Source of the DNA: Octopus sinensis
Taxonomy: Eukaryota
Assembly (NCBI RefSeq): GCF_006345805.1
Contig: NC_043023.1
Span: forward strand, 15,996,001-16,060,000
Direction: 5' to 3'
DNA length: 64,000 nt
In this document: piece after piece, positions 22,397 through 35,897 of the stretch
How the letters are laid out: each line of letters starts with the position of its first letter
Position numbering within the stretch: position 1 is the first letter of the stretch
The notes under the pieces: generated by a model
The model's input: only the letters and a program-made list of their open reading frames with translations
Database searches by the model: none
Told to the model about the DNA's origin: nothing
Program-made: the position numbers and the translations under genes

Positions 22397-25300
22397 ATCT
22401 TCTTATAGTTTTAAGATATCTCTTGTGTCTAATTTGTACTATTTTCTTTGTACTATCTTCTTATAGTTTTAAGATATCTTATAGTTTAAGATATCTCTTG
22501 TGTCTAATTTGTACTATTTTCTTTGTACTATCTTCTTATAGTTTTAAGATATCTTATAGTTTAAGATATCTCTTGTGTCTAATTTGTACTATTTTCTTTG
22601 TACTATCTTCTTATAGTTTTAAGATATCTCTTGTGTCTAATTTGTACTATTTTCTTTGTACTATCTTCTTATAGTTTTAAGATATCTTATAGTTTAAGAT
22701 ATCTCTTGTGTCTAATTTGTACTATTTTCTTTGTACTATCTTCTTATAGTTTTAAGATATCTTATAGTTTAAGATATCTCTTGTGTCTAATTTGTACTAT
22801 GTTTTTGTACTATCTTCTTATAGTTTTAAGATATCTTATAGTTTAAGATATCTCTTGTGTCTAATTTGTACTATTTTCTTTGTACTATCTTCTTATAGTT
22901 TTAAGATATCTCTTGTGTCTAATTTGTACTATTTTCTTTGTACTATCTTCTTATAGTTTTAAGATATCTTATAGTTTTAAGATATCTCTTGTGTCTAATT
23001 TGTACTATTTTCTTTGTACTATCTTCTTATAGTTTTAAGATATCTTATAGTTTTAAGATATCTCTTGTGTCTAATTTGTACTATTTTCTTTGTACTATCT
23101 TCTTATAGTTTTAAGATATCTTATAGTTTTAAGATATCTCTTGTGTCTAATTTGTACTATTTTCTTTGTACTATCTTCTTATAGTTTTAAGATATCTCTT
23201 GTGTCTAATTTGTACTATTTTCTTTGTACTATCTTCTTATAGTTTTAAGATATCTTATAGTTTAAGATATCTCTTGTGTCTAATTTGTACTATTTTCTTT
23301 GTACTATCTTCTTATAGTTTTAAGATATCTTATAGTTTAAGATATCTCTTGTGTCTAATTTGTACTATGTTTTTGTACTATCTTCTTATAGTTTTAAGAT
23401 ATCTTATAGTTTAAGATATCTCTTGTGTCTAATTTGTACTATTTTCTTTGTACTATCTTCTTATAGTTTTAAGATATCTCTTGTGTCTAATTTGTACTAT
23501 TTTCTTTGTACTATCTTCTTATAGTTTTAAGATATCTTATAGTTTTAAGATATCTCTTGTGTCTAATTTGTACTATTTTCTTTGTACTATCTTCTTATAG
23601 TTTTAAGATATCTTATAGTTTTAAGATATCTCTTGTGTCTAATTTGTACTATTTTCTTTGTACTATCTTCTTATAGTTTTAAGATATCTTATAGTTTTAA
23701 GATATCTCTTGTGTCTAATTTGTACTATTTTCTTTGTACTATCTTCTTATAGTTTTAAGATATCTTATAGTTTTAAGATATCTCTTGTGTCTAATTTGTA
23801 CTATTTTCTTTGTACTATCTTCTTATAGTTTTAAGATATCTCTTGTGTCTAATTTGTACTATTTTCTTTGTACTATCTTCTTATAGTTTTAAGATATCTC
23901 TTGTGTCTAATTTGTACTATTTTCTTTGTACTATCTTCTTATAGTTTTAAGATATCTAAGTGTCTAATTTGTACTATCTTCTTATAGTTTTAAGATATCT
24001 CTTGTGTCTAATTTGTACTATTTTCTTTGTACTATCTTCTTATAGTTTTAAGATATCTCTTGTGTCTAATTTGTACTATCTTCTTATAGTTTTAAGATAT
24101 CTCTTGTGTCTAATTTGTACTATCTTCTTATAGTTTTAAGATATCTCTTGTGTCTAAATTGTACTATTTTCTTTGTACTATCTTCTTATAGTTTTAAGAT
24201 ATCTCTTGTGTCTAATTTGTACTATTTTCTTTGTACTATCTTCTTATAGTTTTAAGATATCTCTTGTGTCTAATTTGTACTATTTTCTTTGTACTATCTT
24301 CTTATAGTTTTAAGATATCTCTTGTGTCTAATTTGTACTATTTTCTTTGTACTATCTTCTTATAGTTTTAAGATATCTCTTGTGTCTAATTTGTACTATT
24401 TTCTTTGTACTATCTTCTTATAGTTTTAAGATATCTCTTGTGTCTAATTTGTACTATTTTCTTTGTACTATCTTCTTATAGTTTTAAGATATCTCTTGTG
24501 TCTAATTTGTACTATTTTCTTTGTACTATCTTCTTATAGTTTAAGATATCTCTTGTGTCTAATTTGTACTATTTTCTTTGTACTATCTTCTTATAGTTTT
24601 AAGATATCTCTTGTGTCTAAATTGTACTATTTTCTTTGTACTATCTTCTTATAGTTTTAAGATATCTCTTGTGTCTAATTTGTACTATTTTCTTTGTACT
24701 ATCTTCTTATAGTTTTAAGATATCTCTTGTGTCTAATTTGTACTATCTTCTTATAGTTTTAAGATATCTCTTGTGTCTAAATTGTACTATTTTCTTTGTA
24801 CTATCTTCTTATAGTTTTAAGATATCTCTTGTGTCTAAATTGTACTATTTTCTTTGTACTATCTTCTTATAGTTTTAAGATATCTTATAGTTTTAAGATA
24901 TCTCTTGTGTCTAATTTGTACTATTTTCTTTGTACTATCTTCTTATAGTTTTAAGATATCTCTTGTGTCTAATTTGTACTATTTTCTTTGTACTATCTTC
25001 TTATAGTTTTAAGATATCTTATAGTTTTAAGATATCTCTTGTGTCTAATTTGTACTATCTTCTTATAGTTTTAAGATATCTCTTGTGTCTAATTTGTACT
25101 ATCTTCTTATAGTTTTAAGATATCTCTTGTGTCTAAATTGTACTATTTTCTTTGTACTATCTTCTTATAGTTTTAAGATATCTCTTGTGTCTAATTTGTA
25201 CTATTTTCTTTGTACTATCTTCTTATAGTTTTAAGATATCTCTTGTGTCTAATTTGTACTATTTTCTTTGTACTATCTTCTTATAGTTTTAAGATATCTC

Positions 25301-28300
25301 TTGTGTCTAATTTGTACTATTTTCTTTGTACTATCTTCTTATAGTTTTAAGATATATCTTGTGTCTAATTTGTACTATTTTCTTTGTACTATCTTCTTAT
25401 AGTTTAAGATATCTCTTGTGTCTAATTTGTACTATTTTCTTTGTACTATCTTCTTATAGTTTTAAGATATCTCTTGTGTCTAAATTGTACTATTTTCTTT
25501 GTACTATCTTCTTATAGTTTTAAGATATCTCTTGTGTCTAATTTGTACTATTTTCTTTGTACTATCTTCTTATAGTTTTAAGATATCTCTTGTGTCTAAT
25601 TTGTACTATTTTCTTTGTACTATCTTCTTATAGTTTTAAGATATCTCTTGTGTCTAAATTGTACTATTTTCTTTGTACTATCTTCTTATAGTTTTAAGAT
25701 ATCTCTTGTGTCTAAATTGTACTATTTTCTTTGTACTATCTTCTTATAGTTTTAAGATATCTTATAGTTTTAAGATATCTCTTGTGTCAAATTTGTACTA
25801 TTTTCTTTGTACTATCTTCTTATAGTTTTAAGATATCTCTTGTGTCTAATTTGTACTATTTTCTTTGTACTATCTTCTTATAGTTTTAAGATATCTCTTG
25901 TGTCTAAATTGTACTATTTTCTTTGTACTATCTTCTTATAGTTTTAAGATATCTCTTGTGTCTAAATTGTACTATTTTCTTTGTACTATCTTCTTATAGT
26001 TTTAAGATATCTCTTGTGTCTAATTTGTACTATTTTCTTTGTACTATCTTCTTATAGTTTTAAGATATCTTATAGTTTTAAGATATCTCTTGTGTCTAAT
26101 TTGTACTATTTTCTTTGTACTATCTTCTTATAGTTTTAAGATATCTCTTGTGTCTAATTTGTACTATTTTCTTTGTACTATCTTCTTATAGTTTTAAGAT
26201 ATCTCTTGTGTCTAAATTGTACTATTTTCTTTGTACTATCTTCTTATAGTTTTAAGATATCTCTTGTGTCTAAATTGTACTATTTTCTTTGTACTATCTT
26301 CTTATAGTTTTAAGATATCTCTTGTGTCTAATTTGTACTATTTTCTTTGTACTATCTTCTTATAGTTTAAGATATCTCTTGTGTCTAATTTGTACTATTT
26401 TCTTTGTACTATCTTCTTATAGTTTTAAGATATCTCTTGTGTCTAATTTGTACTATTTTCTTTGTACTATCTTCTTATAGTTTTAAGATATCTCTTGTGT
26501 CTAAATTGTACTATTTTCTTTGTACTATCTTCTTATAGTTTTAAGATATCTCTTGTGTCTAAATTGTACTATTTTCTTTGTACTATCTTCTTATAGTTTT
26601 AAGATATCTTATAGTTTTAAGATATCTCTTGTGTCTAAATTGTACTATTTTCTTTGTACTATTTTCTTTGTACTATCTTCTTATAGTTTTAAGATATCTC
26701 TTGTGTCTAAATTGTACTATTTTCTTTGTACTATCTTCTTATAGTTTTAAGATATCTTATAGTTTTAAGATATCTCTTGTGTCTAATTTGTACTATTTTC
26801 TTTGTACTATCTTCTTATAGTTTTAAGATATCTCTTGTGTCTAATTTGTACTATTTTCTTTGTACTATCTTCTTATAGTTTTAAGATATCTTATAGTTTT
26901 AAGATATCTCTTGTGTCTAATTTGTACTATCTTCTTATAGTTTTAAGATATCTCTTGTGTCTAATTTGTACTATCTTCTTATAGTTTTAAGATATCTCTT
27001 GTGTCTAAATTGTACTATTTTCTTTGTACTATCTTCTTATAGTTTTAAGATATCTCTTGTGTCTAATTTGTACTATTTTCTTTGTACTATCTTCTTATAG
27101 TTTTAAGATATCTCTTGTGTCTAATTTGTACTATTTTCTTTGTACTATCTTCTTATAGTTTTAAGATATCTCTTGTGTCTAATTTGTACTATTTTCTTTG
27201 TACTATCTTCTTATAGTTTTAAGATATATCTTGTGTCTAATTTGTACTATTTTCTTTGTACTATCTTCTTATAGTTTAAGATATCTCTTGTGTCTAATTT
27301 GTACTATTTTCTTTGTACTATCTTCTTATAGTTTTAAGATATCTCTTGTGTCTAAATTGTACTATTTTCTTTGTACTATCTTCTTATAGTTTTAAGATAT
27401 CTCTTGTGTCTAATTTGTACTATTTTCTTTGTACTATCTTCTTATAGTTTTAAGATATCTCTTGTGTCTAATTTGTACTATTTTCTTTGTACTATCTTCT
27501 TATAGTTTTAAGATATCTCTTGTGTCTAAATTGTACTATTTTCTTTGTACTATCTTCTTATAGTTTTAAGATATCTCTTGTGTCTAAATTGTACTATTTT
27601 CTTTGTACTATCTTCTTATAGTTTTAAGATATCTTATAGTTTTAAGATATCTCTTGTGTCTAATTTGTACTATTTTCTTTGTACTATCTTCTTATAGTTT
27701 TAAGATATCTCTTGTGTCTAATTTGTACTATTTTCTTTGTACTATCTTCTTATAGTTTTAAGATATCTCTTGTGTCTAAATTGTACTATTTTCTTTGTAC
27801 TATCTTCTTATAGTTTTAAGATATCTCTTGTGTCTAAATTGTACTATTTTCTTTGTACTATCTTCTTATAGTTTTAAGATATCTCTTGTGTCTAATTTGT
27901 ACTATTTTCTTTGTACTATCTTCTTATAGTTTTAAGATATCTTATAGTTTTAAGATATCTCTTGTGTCTAATTTGTACTATTTTCTTTGTACTATCTTCT
28001 TATAGTTTTAAGATATCTCTTGTGTCTAATTTGTACTATTTTCTTTGTACTATCTTCTTATAGTTTTAAGATATCTCTTGTGTCTAAATTGTACTATTTT
28101 CTTTGTACTATCTTCTTATAATTTTAAGATATCTCTTGTGTCTAAATTGTACTATTTTCTTTGTACTATCTTCTTATAGTTTTAAGATATCTCTTGTGTC
28201 TAATTTGTACTATTTTCTTTGTACTATCTTCTTATAGTTTAAGATATCTCTTGTGTCTAATTTGTACTATTTTCTTTGTACTATCTTCTTATAGTTTTAA

Positions 28301-31300
28301 GATATCTCTTGTGTCTAATTTGTACTATTTTCTTTGTACTATCTTCTTATAGTTTTAAGATATCTCTTGTGTCTAAATTGTACTATTTTCTTTGTACTAT
28401 CTTCTTATAGTTTTAAGATATCTCTTGTGTCTAAATTGTACTATTTTCTTTGTACTATCTTCTTATAGTTTTAAGATATCTTATAGTTTTAAGATATCTC
28501 TTGTGTCTAAATTGTACTATCTTCTTATAGTTTTAAGATATCTCTTGTGTCTAAATTGTACTATTTTCTTTGTACTATCTTCTTATAGTTTTAAGATATC
28601 TCTTGTGTCTAAATTGTACTATTTTCTTTGTACTATCTTCTTATAGTTTTAAGATATCTTATAGTTTTAAGATATCTCTTGTGTCTAATTTGTACTATTT
28701 TCTTTGTACTATCTTCTTATAGTTTTAAGATATCTCTTGTGTCTAAATTGTACTATTTTCTTTGTACTATCTTCTTATAGTTTTAAGATATCTCTTGTGT
28801 CTAAATTGTACTATTTTCTTTGTACTATCTTCTTATAGTTTTAAGATATCTCTTGTGTCTAATTTGTACTATCTTCTTATAGTTTTAAGATATCTCTTGT
28901 GTCTAAATTGTACTATTTTCTTTGTACTATCTTCTTATAGTTTTAAGACATCTCTTGTGTCTAAATTGTACTATTTTCTTTGTACTATCTTCTTATAGTT
29001 TTAAGATATCTCTTGTGTCTAAATTGTACTATTTTCTTTGTACTATCTTCTTATAGTTTTAAGATATCTTATAGTTTTAAGATATCTCTTGTGTCTAATT
29101 TGTACTATTTTCTTTATACTATCTTCTTATAGTTTTAAGATATCTCTTGTGTCTAATTTGTACTATTTTCTTTGTACTATCTTCTTATAGCTTTAAGATA
29201 TCTTATAGTTTTAAGATATCTCTTGTGTCTAATTTGTACTATTTTCTTTGTACTATCTTCTTATAGTTTTAAGATATCTCTTGTGTCTAATTTGTACTAT
29301 TTTCTTTGTACTATCTTCTTATAGTTTTAAGATATCTTATAGTTTTAAGATATCTCTTGTGTCTAAATTGTACTATTTTCTTTGTACTATCTTCTTATAG
29401 TTTTAAGATATCTCTTGTGTCTAAATTGTACTATTTTCTTTGTACTATCTTCTTATAGTTTTAAGATATCTCTTGTGTCTAAATTGTACTATTTTCTTTG
29501 TACTATCTTCTTATAGTTTTAAGATATCTTATAGTTTTAAGATATCTCTTGTGTCTAATTTGTACTATTTTCTTTGTACTATCTTCTTATAGTTTTAAGA
29601 TATCTCTTGTGTCTAAATTGTACTATTTTCTTTGTACTATCTTCTTATAGTTTTAAGATATCTCTTGTGTCTAAATTGTACTATTTTCTTTGTACTATCT
29701 TCTTATAGTTTTAAGATATCTCTTGTGTCTAATTTGTACTATCTTCTTATAGTTTTAAGATATCTCTTGTGTCTAAATTGTACTATTTTCTTTGTACTAT
29801 CTTCTTATAGTTTTAAGATATCTCTTGTGTCTAAATTGTACTATTTTCTTTGTACAATCTTCTTATAGTTTTAAGATATCTCTTGTGTCTAAATTGTACT
29901 ATTTTCTTTGTACTATCTTCTTATAGTTTTAAGATATCTCTTGTGTCTAAATTGTACTATTTTCTTTGTACTATCTTCTTATAGTTTTAAGATATCTCTT
30001 GTGTCTAAATTGTACTATTTTCTTTGTACTATCTTCTTATAGTTTTAAGATATCTCTTGTGTCTAAATTGTACTATTTTCTTTGTACTATCTTCTTATAG
30101 TTTTAAGATATCTCTTGTGTCTAAATTGTGCTATTTTCTTTGTACTATCTTCTTATAGTTTTAAGATATCTCTTGTGTCTAAATTGTACTATTTTCTTTG
30201 TACTATCTTCTTATAGTTTTAAGATATCTTATAGTTTTAAGATATCTCTTGTGTCTAAATTGTACTATTTTCTTTGTACTATCTTCTTATAGTTTTAAGA
30301 TATCTCTTGTGTCTAAATTGTACTATTTTCTTTGTACTATCTTCTTATAGTTTTAAGATATCTTATAGTTTTAAGATATCTCTTGTGTCTAATTTGTACT
30401 ATTTTCTTTGTACTATCTTCTTATAGTTTTAAGATATCTCTTGTGTCTAATTTGTACTATTTTCTTTGTACTATCTTCTTATAGTTTTAAGATATCTCTT
30501 GTGTCTAATTTGTACTATTTTCTTTGTACTATCTTCTTATAGTTTTAAGATATCTTATAGTTTTAAGATATCTCTTGTGTCTAATTTGTACTATTTTCTT
30601 TATACTATCTTCTTATAGTTTTAAGATATCTCTTGTGTCTAATTTGTACTATTTTCTTTGTACTATCTTCTTATAGCTTTAAGATATCTTATAGTTTTAA
30701 GATATCTCTTGTGTCTAATTTGTACTATCTTCTTATAGTTTTAAGATATCTCTTGTGTCTAAATTGTACTATTTTCTTTGTACTATCTTCTTATAGTTTT
30801 AAGATATCTCTTGTGTCTAAATTGTACTATTTTCTTTGTACTATCTTCTTATAGTTTTAAGATATCTCTTGTGTCTAAATTGTACTATTTTCTTTGTACT
30901 ATCTTCTTATAGTTTTAAGATATCTCTTGTGTCTAAATTGTACTATTTTCTTTGTACTATCTTCTTATAGTTTTAAGATATCTCTTGTGTCTAAATTGTA
31001 CTATTTTCTTTGTACTATCTTCTTATAGTTTTAAGATATCTCTTGTGTCTAAATTGTACTATTTTCTTTGTACTATCTTCTTATAGTTTTAAGATATCTC
31101 TTGTGTCTAAATTGTGCTATTTTCTTTGTACTATCTTCTTATAGTTTTAAGATATCTCTTGTGTCTAAATTGTACTATTTTCTTTGTACTATCTTCTTAT
31201 AGTTTTAAGATATCTCTTGTGTCTAAATTGTACTATTTTCTTTGTACTATCTTCTTATAGTTTTATGATATCTTATAGTTTTAAGATATCTCTTGTGTCT

Positions 31301-32167
31301 AATTTGTACTATCTTCTTATAGTTTTAAGATATCTCTTGTGTCTAATTTGTACTATTTTCTTTGTACTATCTTCTTATAGTTTTAAGATATCTCTTGTGT
31401 CTAATTTGTACTATTTTCTTTGTACTATCTTCTTATAGTTTTAAGATATCTTATAGTTTTAAGATATCTCTTGTGTCTAATTTGTACTATTTTCTTTATA
31501 CTATCTTCTTATAGTTTTAAGATATCTCTTGTGTCTAATTTGTACTATTTTCTTTGTACTATCTTCTTATAGCTTTAAGATATCTTATAGTTTTAAGATA
31601 TCTCTTGTGTCTAATTTGTACTATTTTCTTTGTACTATCTTCTTATAGTTTTAAGATATCTCTTGTGTCTAATTTGTACTATTTTCTTTGTACTATCTTC
31701 TTATAGTTTTAAGATATCTTATAGTTTTGAGATACCTCTTGTGTCTAATTTGTACTATTTTCTTTGTACTATCTTCTTATAGTTTTAAGATATCTCTTGT
31801 GTCTAAATTGTACTATTTTCTTTGTACTATCTTCTTATAGTTTTAAGATATCTTATAGTTTTAAGATATCTCTTGTGTCTAATTTGTACTATTTTCTTTG
31901 TACTATCTTCTTATAGTTTTAAGATATCTTATAGTTTTAAGATATCTCTTGTGTCTAAATTGTACTATTTTCTTTGTACTATCTTCTTATAGTTTTAAGA
32001 TATCTTATAGTTTTAAGATATCTCTTGTGTCTAATTTGTACTATTTTCTTTGTACTATCTTCTTATAGTTTTAAGATATCTCTTGTGTCTAATTTGTACT
32101 ATTTTCTTTGTACTATCTTCTTATAGTTTTAAGATATCTCTTGTGTCTAATTTGTACTATTTTCTTT
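22397..32167. repeat. 9.8-kb satellite, ~58-bp modular monomer, with higher-order repeats
   Basis: Monomer TCTCTTGTGTCTAATTTGTACTATTTTCTTTGTACTATCTTCTTATAGTTTTAAGATA, with +18 and -14 module variants. Confidence 0.97.
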
Positions 32168-32229
32168 CAGATTATCTGACTTCCGGCCATAATTCTCAGA
32201 AAATTTTGCCACTTTTGCACCAACCTGAT

Positions 32230-32596
32230 ACAATTCAAAAAATCGTAATCAACCAACATCAATGGTATTTGTAGCTGTGATACCAGTGCCAGTGGCACGT
32301 ATGAGAACCATCCAAACGTGGCCGTAGCCAGCGCCGCACGACTGGCCTCCGTGCTGGTGGCACGTAAAAAGCACCATCCGATCATGGTTGTTTGCCAGCC
32401 TCGTTTGGCACATAAAAAGCACCCACTACACTCACGGAGTGGTTGGCGTTAGGAAGGGCATCCAGCCGTAGAAACACTGCCAGATCAGACTGGAGTCCGG
32501 TGCAGCCTTCTGGCTTCCCAGATCCCCGGTCAAACCGTCCAGCCCATGCTAGCATGGAAAACGGACGTTAAACGATGAGGATGATGATGATGATGA
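32230..32596 (+). mobile_element. Family B element with (GAT)n tail
   Basis: Its upstream part matches 20040-20130. Confidence 0.75.
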
Positions 32597-32807
32597 GACC
32601 GACAAAATTCTTGAAGCTGAAGTAGCTTATCTGATTTATGCACGGTTGGTAGTGTCCGACATCAACCCATGGGTTACAAAAAACTTATCAAAGAAGGTTA
32701 TAAGTGTATCATTAAATTAGATGCCCAGATGTGTAAGCTGGATAAACATCAAATTGTTTGTTTTTGAAACCAATCGGGAGCAGCCAGCATATCTATTGTG
32801 AGTATAT

Positions 32808-33091
32808 GTTTGTTCCTTCTCGAGCCATGCCTGGCTCATAAGGACCGGTTTCCCGGTTTCCTTGGCGTATAGGTCCCCCACCTGGACAGGACGCCGGTCC
32901 GTCACAGGAGGAAAGAGTGAGAGAAAGTTGTGGCGAAAGTGTCAGCAGAAGTTCGCCATTACCTTCTGCCGGAGCCGCGTGGAGCTTAGATGTTTCACTC
33001 ATAAACACACACATCGGCCAGTCTGAGATTCGAACCCGCAGTCCCTCGACAGCGAGTTCACTACTCTAACCATGTGCCTTCACACACACAC

Positions 33092-33173
<82 letters not shown>

Positions 33174-33471
33174 TGTTCCTTCTTGAGCCATGCCTGGCTC
33201 ATAAGGGCTGGTTTCCCGGTTTCCTTGGTGTATAGGTTCCCCACCTGGACGGGACGCCAGTTCGTCACAGGTGAGCTGCAAGATGGAGGAGGAAAGAGTG
33301 AGAGAAAGTTGTGGCCAAAGAGTCAGCAGAAGTTTCGCCATTACCTTCTGCTGGAGCCGCGTGGAACTTAGGTGTTTTGCTCATAAACACACACATCGCC
33401 CGGTCTGAGATTTGAACCCGCGATCCCTCGACCGCGAGCCCGCTGCTCTAACCACTCGGCCATGTGCCTCC
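32808..33471 (-). mobile_element. Two tandem tRNA-derived SINEs, family D (32808-33082, 33170-33471)
   Basis: Minus-strand head GGAGGCACATGGCCGAGTGGTTAGAGCAGCG...GGGTTCAAATC with A- and B-box-like motifs; the copies are separated by (TA)n. Confidence 0.85.
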
Positions 33472-33720
33472 ACATTGTGAGTATACAAAAACTGATAATC
33501 ACTAGCTGCTCATTGGCTTTTTGTGTCAGTTGTATTTGCAAAATATATCACTTTTTGCGCAAAATGGCTCAAAATATTGCCCTTAACGCTGGCTCTGCGT
33601 GGCGTCATACTGTATCACTTCAAACATGGCACATCTGTGCTTGATGCAGCCGAACTAATCTGCGAAGTGTTTGGCCCTTGCATGGTCTCGAAAAGTACTT
33701 GCGGTAATTGGTGTCAGCGC

Positions 33721-33945
33721 TTTGGCAGAAACGTTAGCACGCCGGGCGAAATGCGTAGCCGTATTTCGTCTGCCTCTACGTTCTGAGTTCAAATTCTGCC
33801 GAGGTCGACTTTCCCTTTCATCCTTTCGGGGTCGATTAAATAAGTATCAGTTATGCACTGGGGTCGATGTAATCGACTTAATCCCTTTGCCTGTCCTTGT
33901 TTGTCCCCTCTGTATTTAGCCCCTTGTGGGTAGTAAAGAAACAAA
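33721..33945 (+). mobile_element. SINE family C inserted into the mariner transposase
   Basis: GGCAGAAACGTTAGCACGCCGGGCG...GGGTAGTAAAGAAA interrupts the coding sequence after WCQRF. Confidence 0.85.
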
Positions 33946-34454
33946 TTATATAACAGAAGACCAACCTTGAGGCGAGATCCTAGAAAGGGTTGGTGATGAT
34001 GCAATGTCGCAAGTCATTAAAGCCGATCCAATGCAAACTGCGCATCAATTTGTGGTACAGTTTTAGCATCTCCCATGTCACGATCGTTAACCACCTGCAT
34101 CGTCTTGGCAAGGTCAGCCAGCTTGGAAAATGAGTGCTACGTGAATGGAGTGAAGCGAACAAACAAGCACATGTTACTGCGTGTCAAAGTCTGCTCTGGC
34201 AAAGCCAAAGATTCGATTCGTCGGAGTCAGTAATCACTACGGATGAAAAGTGAGTAATGTACTCCAACGTGAGGTGCAGACAATCCAGATGTAGCAACGG
34301 TCAACAGCTAAAACCTTCGCCAAAAGGACCGCTTGCGCAAAAGAAGGTTATGATCTCAGTTTGGTGGGATTGCTGTGGGGTGATCATTTTGGATCTTCTC
34401 CCACGCAATACCACCGTTGACAAGGATGTCTACTGCGAACAAATTGACTGTCTA

Positions 34455-34750
34455 AAGATCACACTGGCCAAAGATCAAACAGATCGAAGATTGCGCAGAT
34501 CGAAGATCACGCAGATCAAAGATTGCACGGATCAAAGATCGCACAGATCGAAGATCACGCAGATCGAAGATCGCACGGATCGAAGATCACGCAGATCAAA
34601 GATTGCACGGATCGAAGATCACGCAGATCGCACAGATCAAAGATCGCACAGGTCAAAGATCGCACAGATCAAAGATCACGCAGATCAAAGATTGCACGGA
34701 TCGAAGATCGCGCAGGCGCAGATCGAAGATTGCGCGGATCGAAGATGGCT
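34455..34750 (+). repeat. 16-bp GATC-rich minisatellite inside the mariner ORF (unit about GATCGAAGATCACGCA)
   Basis: Lies between EQIDCLK and NLKKITYHQDN. Confidence 0.9.
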
Positions 34751-35897
34751 CAAATTTGAAGAAGATAACTTACCACCAAGACAACACGCCAGCACATCGT
34801 GCAAAGAAGACGCCAGAGAAGCTGAAGGAGGTGGGCTGGGAGATTATGGTGCACCCACCATACTCTCCTGACCTTGCCCCTTCTGACTACCACTTACTCT
34901 CCACCTTGCAACATGCAATTGGCAATAAAGAGTTTGAAAACAAAGAAGATGTGAAATCGTTCCCTTTCGACTTTATTGATTCAAAGCCACATGATTTCGG
35001 GATGAAAGGATTCAAAACTTTGCCTGAAAGACGGCAAAAGGTGATCAATAACAAGGGTGATTACCTTTTGGATCGATCGTTCTTTGATGCTTTTTTAATT
35101 GTTGATAAAGTAGTATTAAAAGTGTCCAAGAACTTTCTAAACAAACTGATATTGCTGAATATTTCTTTATCTTACAGGCAACAGTTGTATGGTCACTATA
35201 TAATATCCTATCTCTTTAAGCTAGACACCCCTTCACTGGGCCTCCCAATTCAGATTTTTCGGGGAAACATTTGCCAGTAAAATGCACTAGCGTAGCTAGA
35301 GTTTGTGCTACTCCTGGACCCAACAAAAACACACTACCAACAGCAGACCCAGAAGCGTCACGCGGGGCAGACCACCCCTAGAAGACCCACTCCCAGCAAC
35401 GCTAGTGGTGAAATGCCTTCTAAATTATATCGACAAGATCTCGTAGTTTCGCAAAACTAGAAATGGTGTTGTCTCTTCGTGTTTCAGAGACGAAGAATTG
35501 GACACAGGTTGTACAATTATTATTGAAAATAACCTGCAACATTATAGAAGAGATGTCTAAAAATACTGACATTGGTGGTCACATATTGGATTAAATCAAA
35601 TTGAATGATAATCCTGCCGATATATGTTGGAGGCAAACACATTGGTTAATAACCTGGTGCATAGAACGCAAACGAAATAAGACATTATAAAAACGATACC
35701 AGAAAGACTGACATTAGTGGTCACATTTTGGATTAAATCAAATTGAATAACTGTCGATATAATTTGAAGGCTAACACATTGGTTAATATATACATATATG
35801 TATGGGTATATATATTTATATATATGCATATATTTATTACCCACTAAAACAACCAATAAGGCCATAACCTCGGTATATACCAATAGTAACCATAAAA

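Larger units (their letters stand above)
33560..35151 (+). pseudogene. Mariner DD34D transposase, copy 1, interrupted by a SINE and a 16-bp minisatellite
   Basis: HTH region LRGVILYHFKHG...WCQRF; TTDEK*; VMISVWWD; HQDN-34aa-SPDLAPSD; right end AACTTTCTAAACAAACTGATA. Confidence 0.9.

Noticed and set aside
22423-32274. Many hydrophobic ORFs (MYYLLIVLRYLLCL...)
   Set aside because: Translations of the satellite with non-ATG starts; no coding evidence.
33400-33471. tRNA genes at SINE heads (also 7588, 13241, 52290-52350)
   Set aside because: A/B boxes are present, but each runs into a SINE body with no full cloverleaf.
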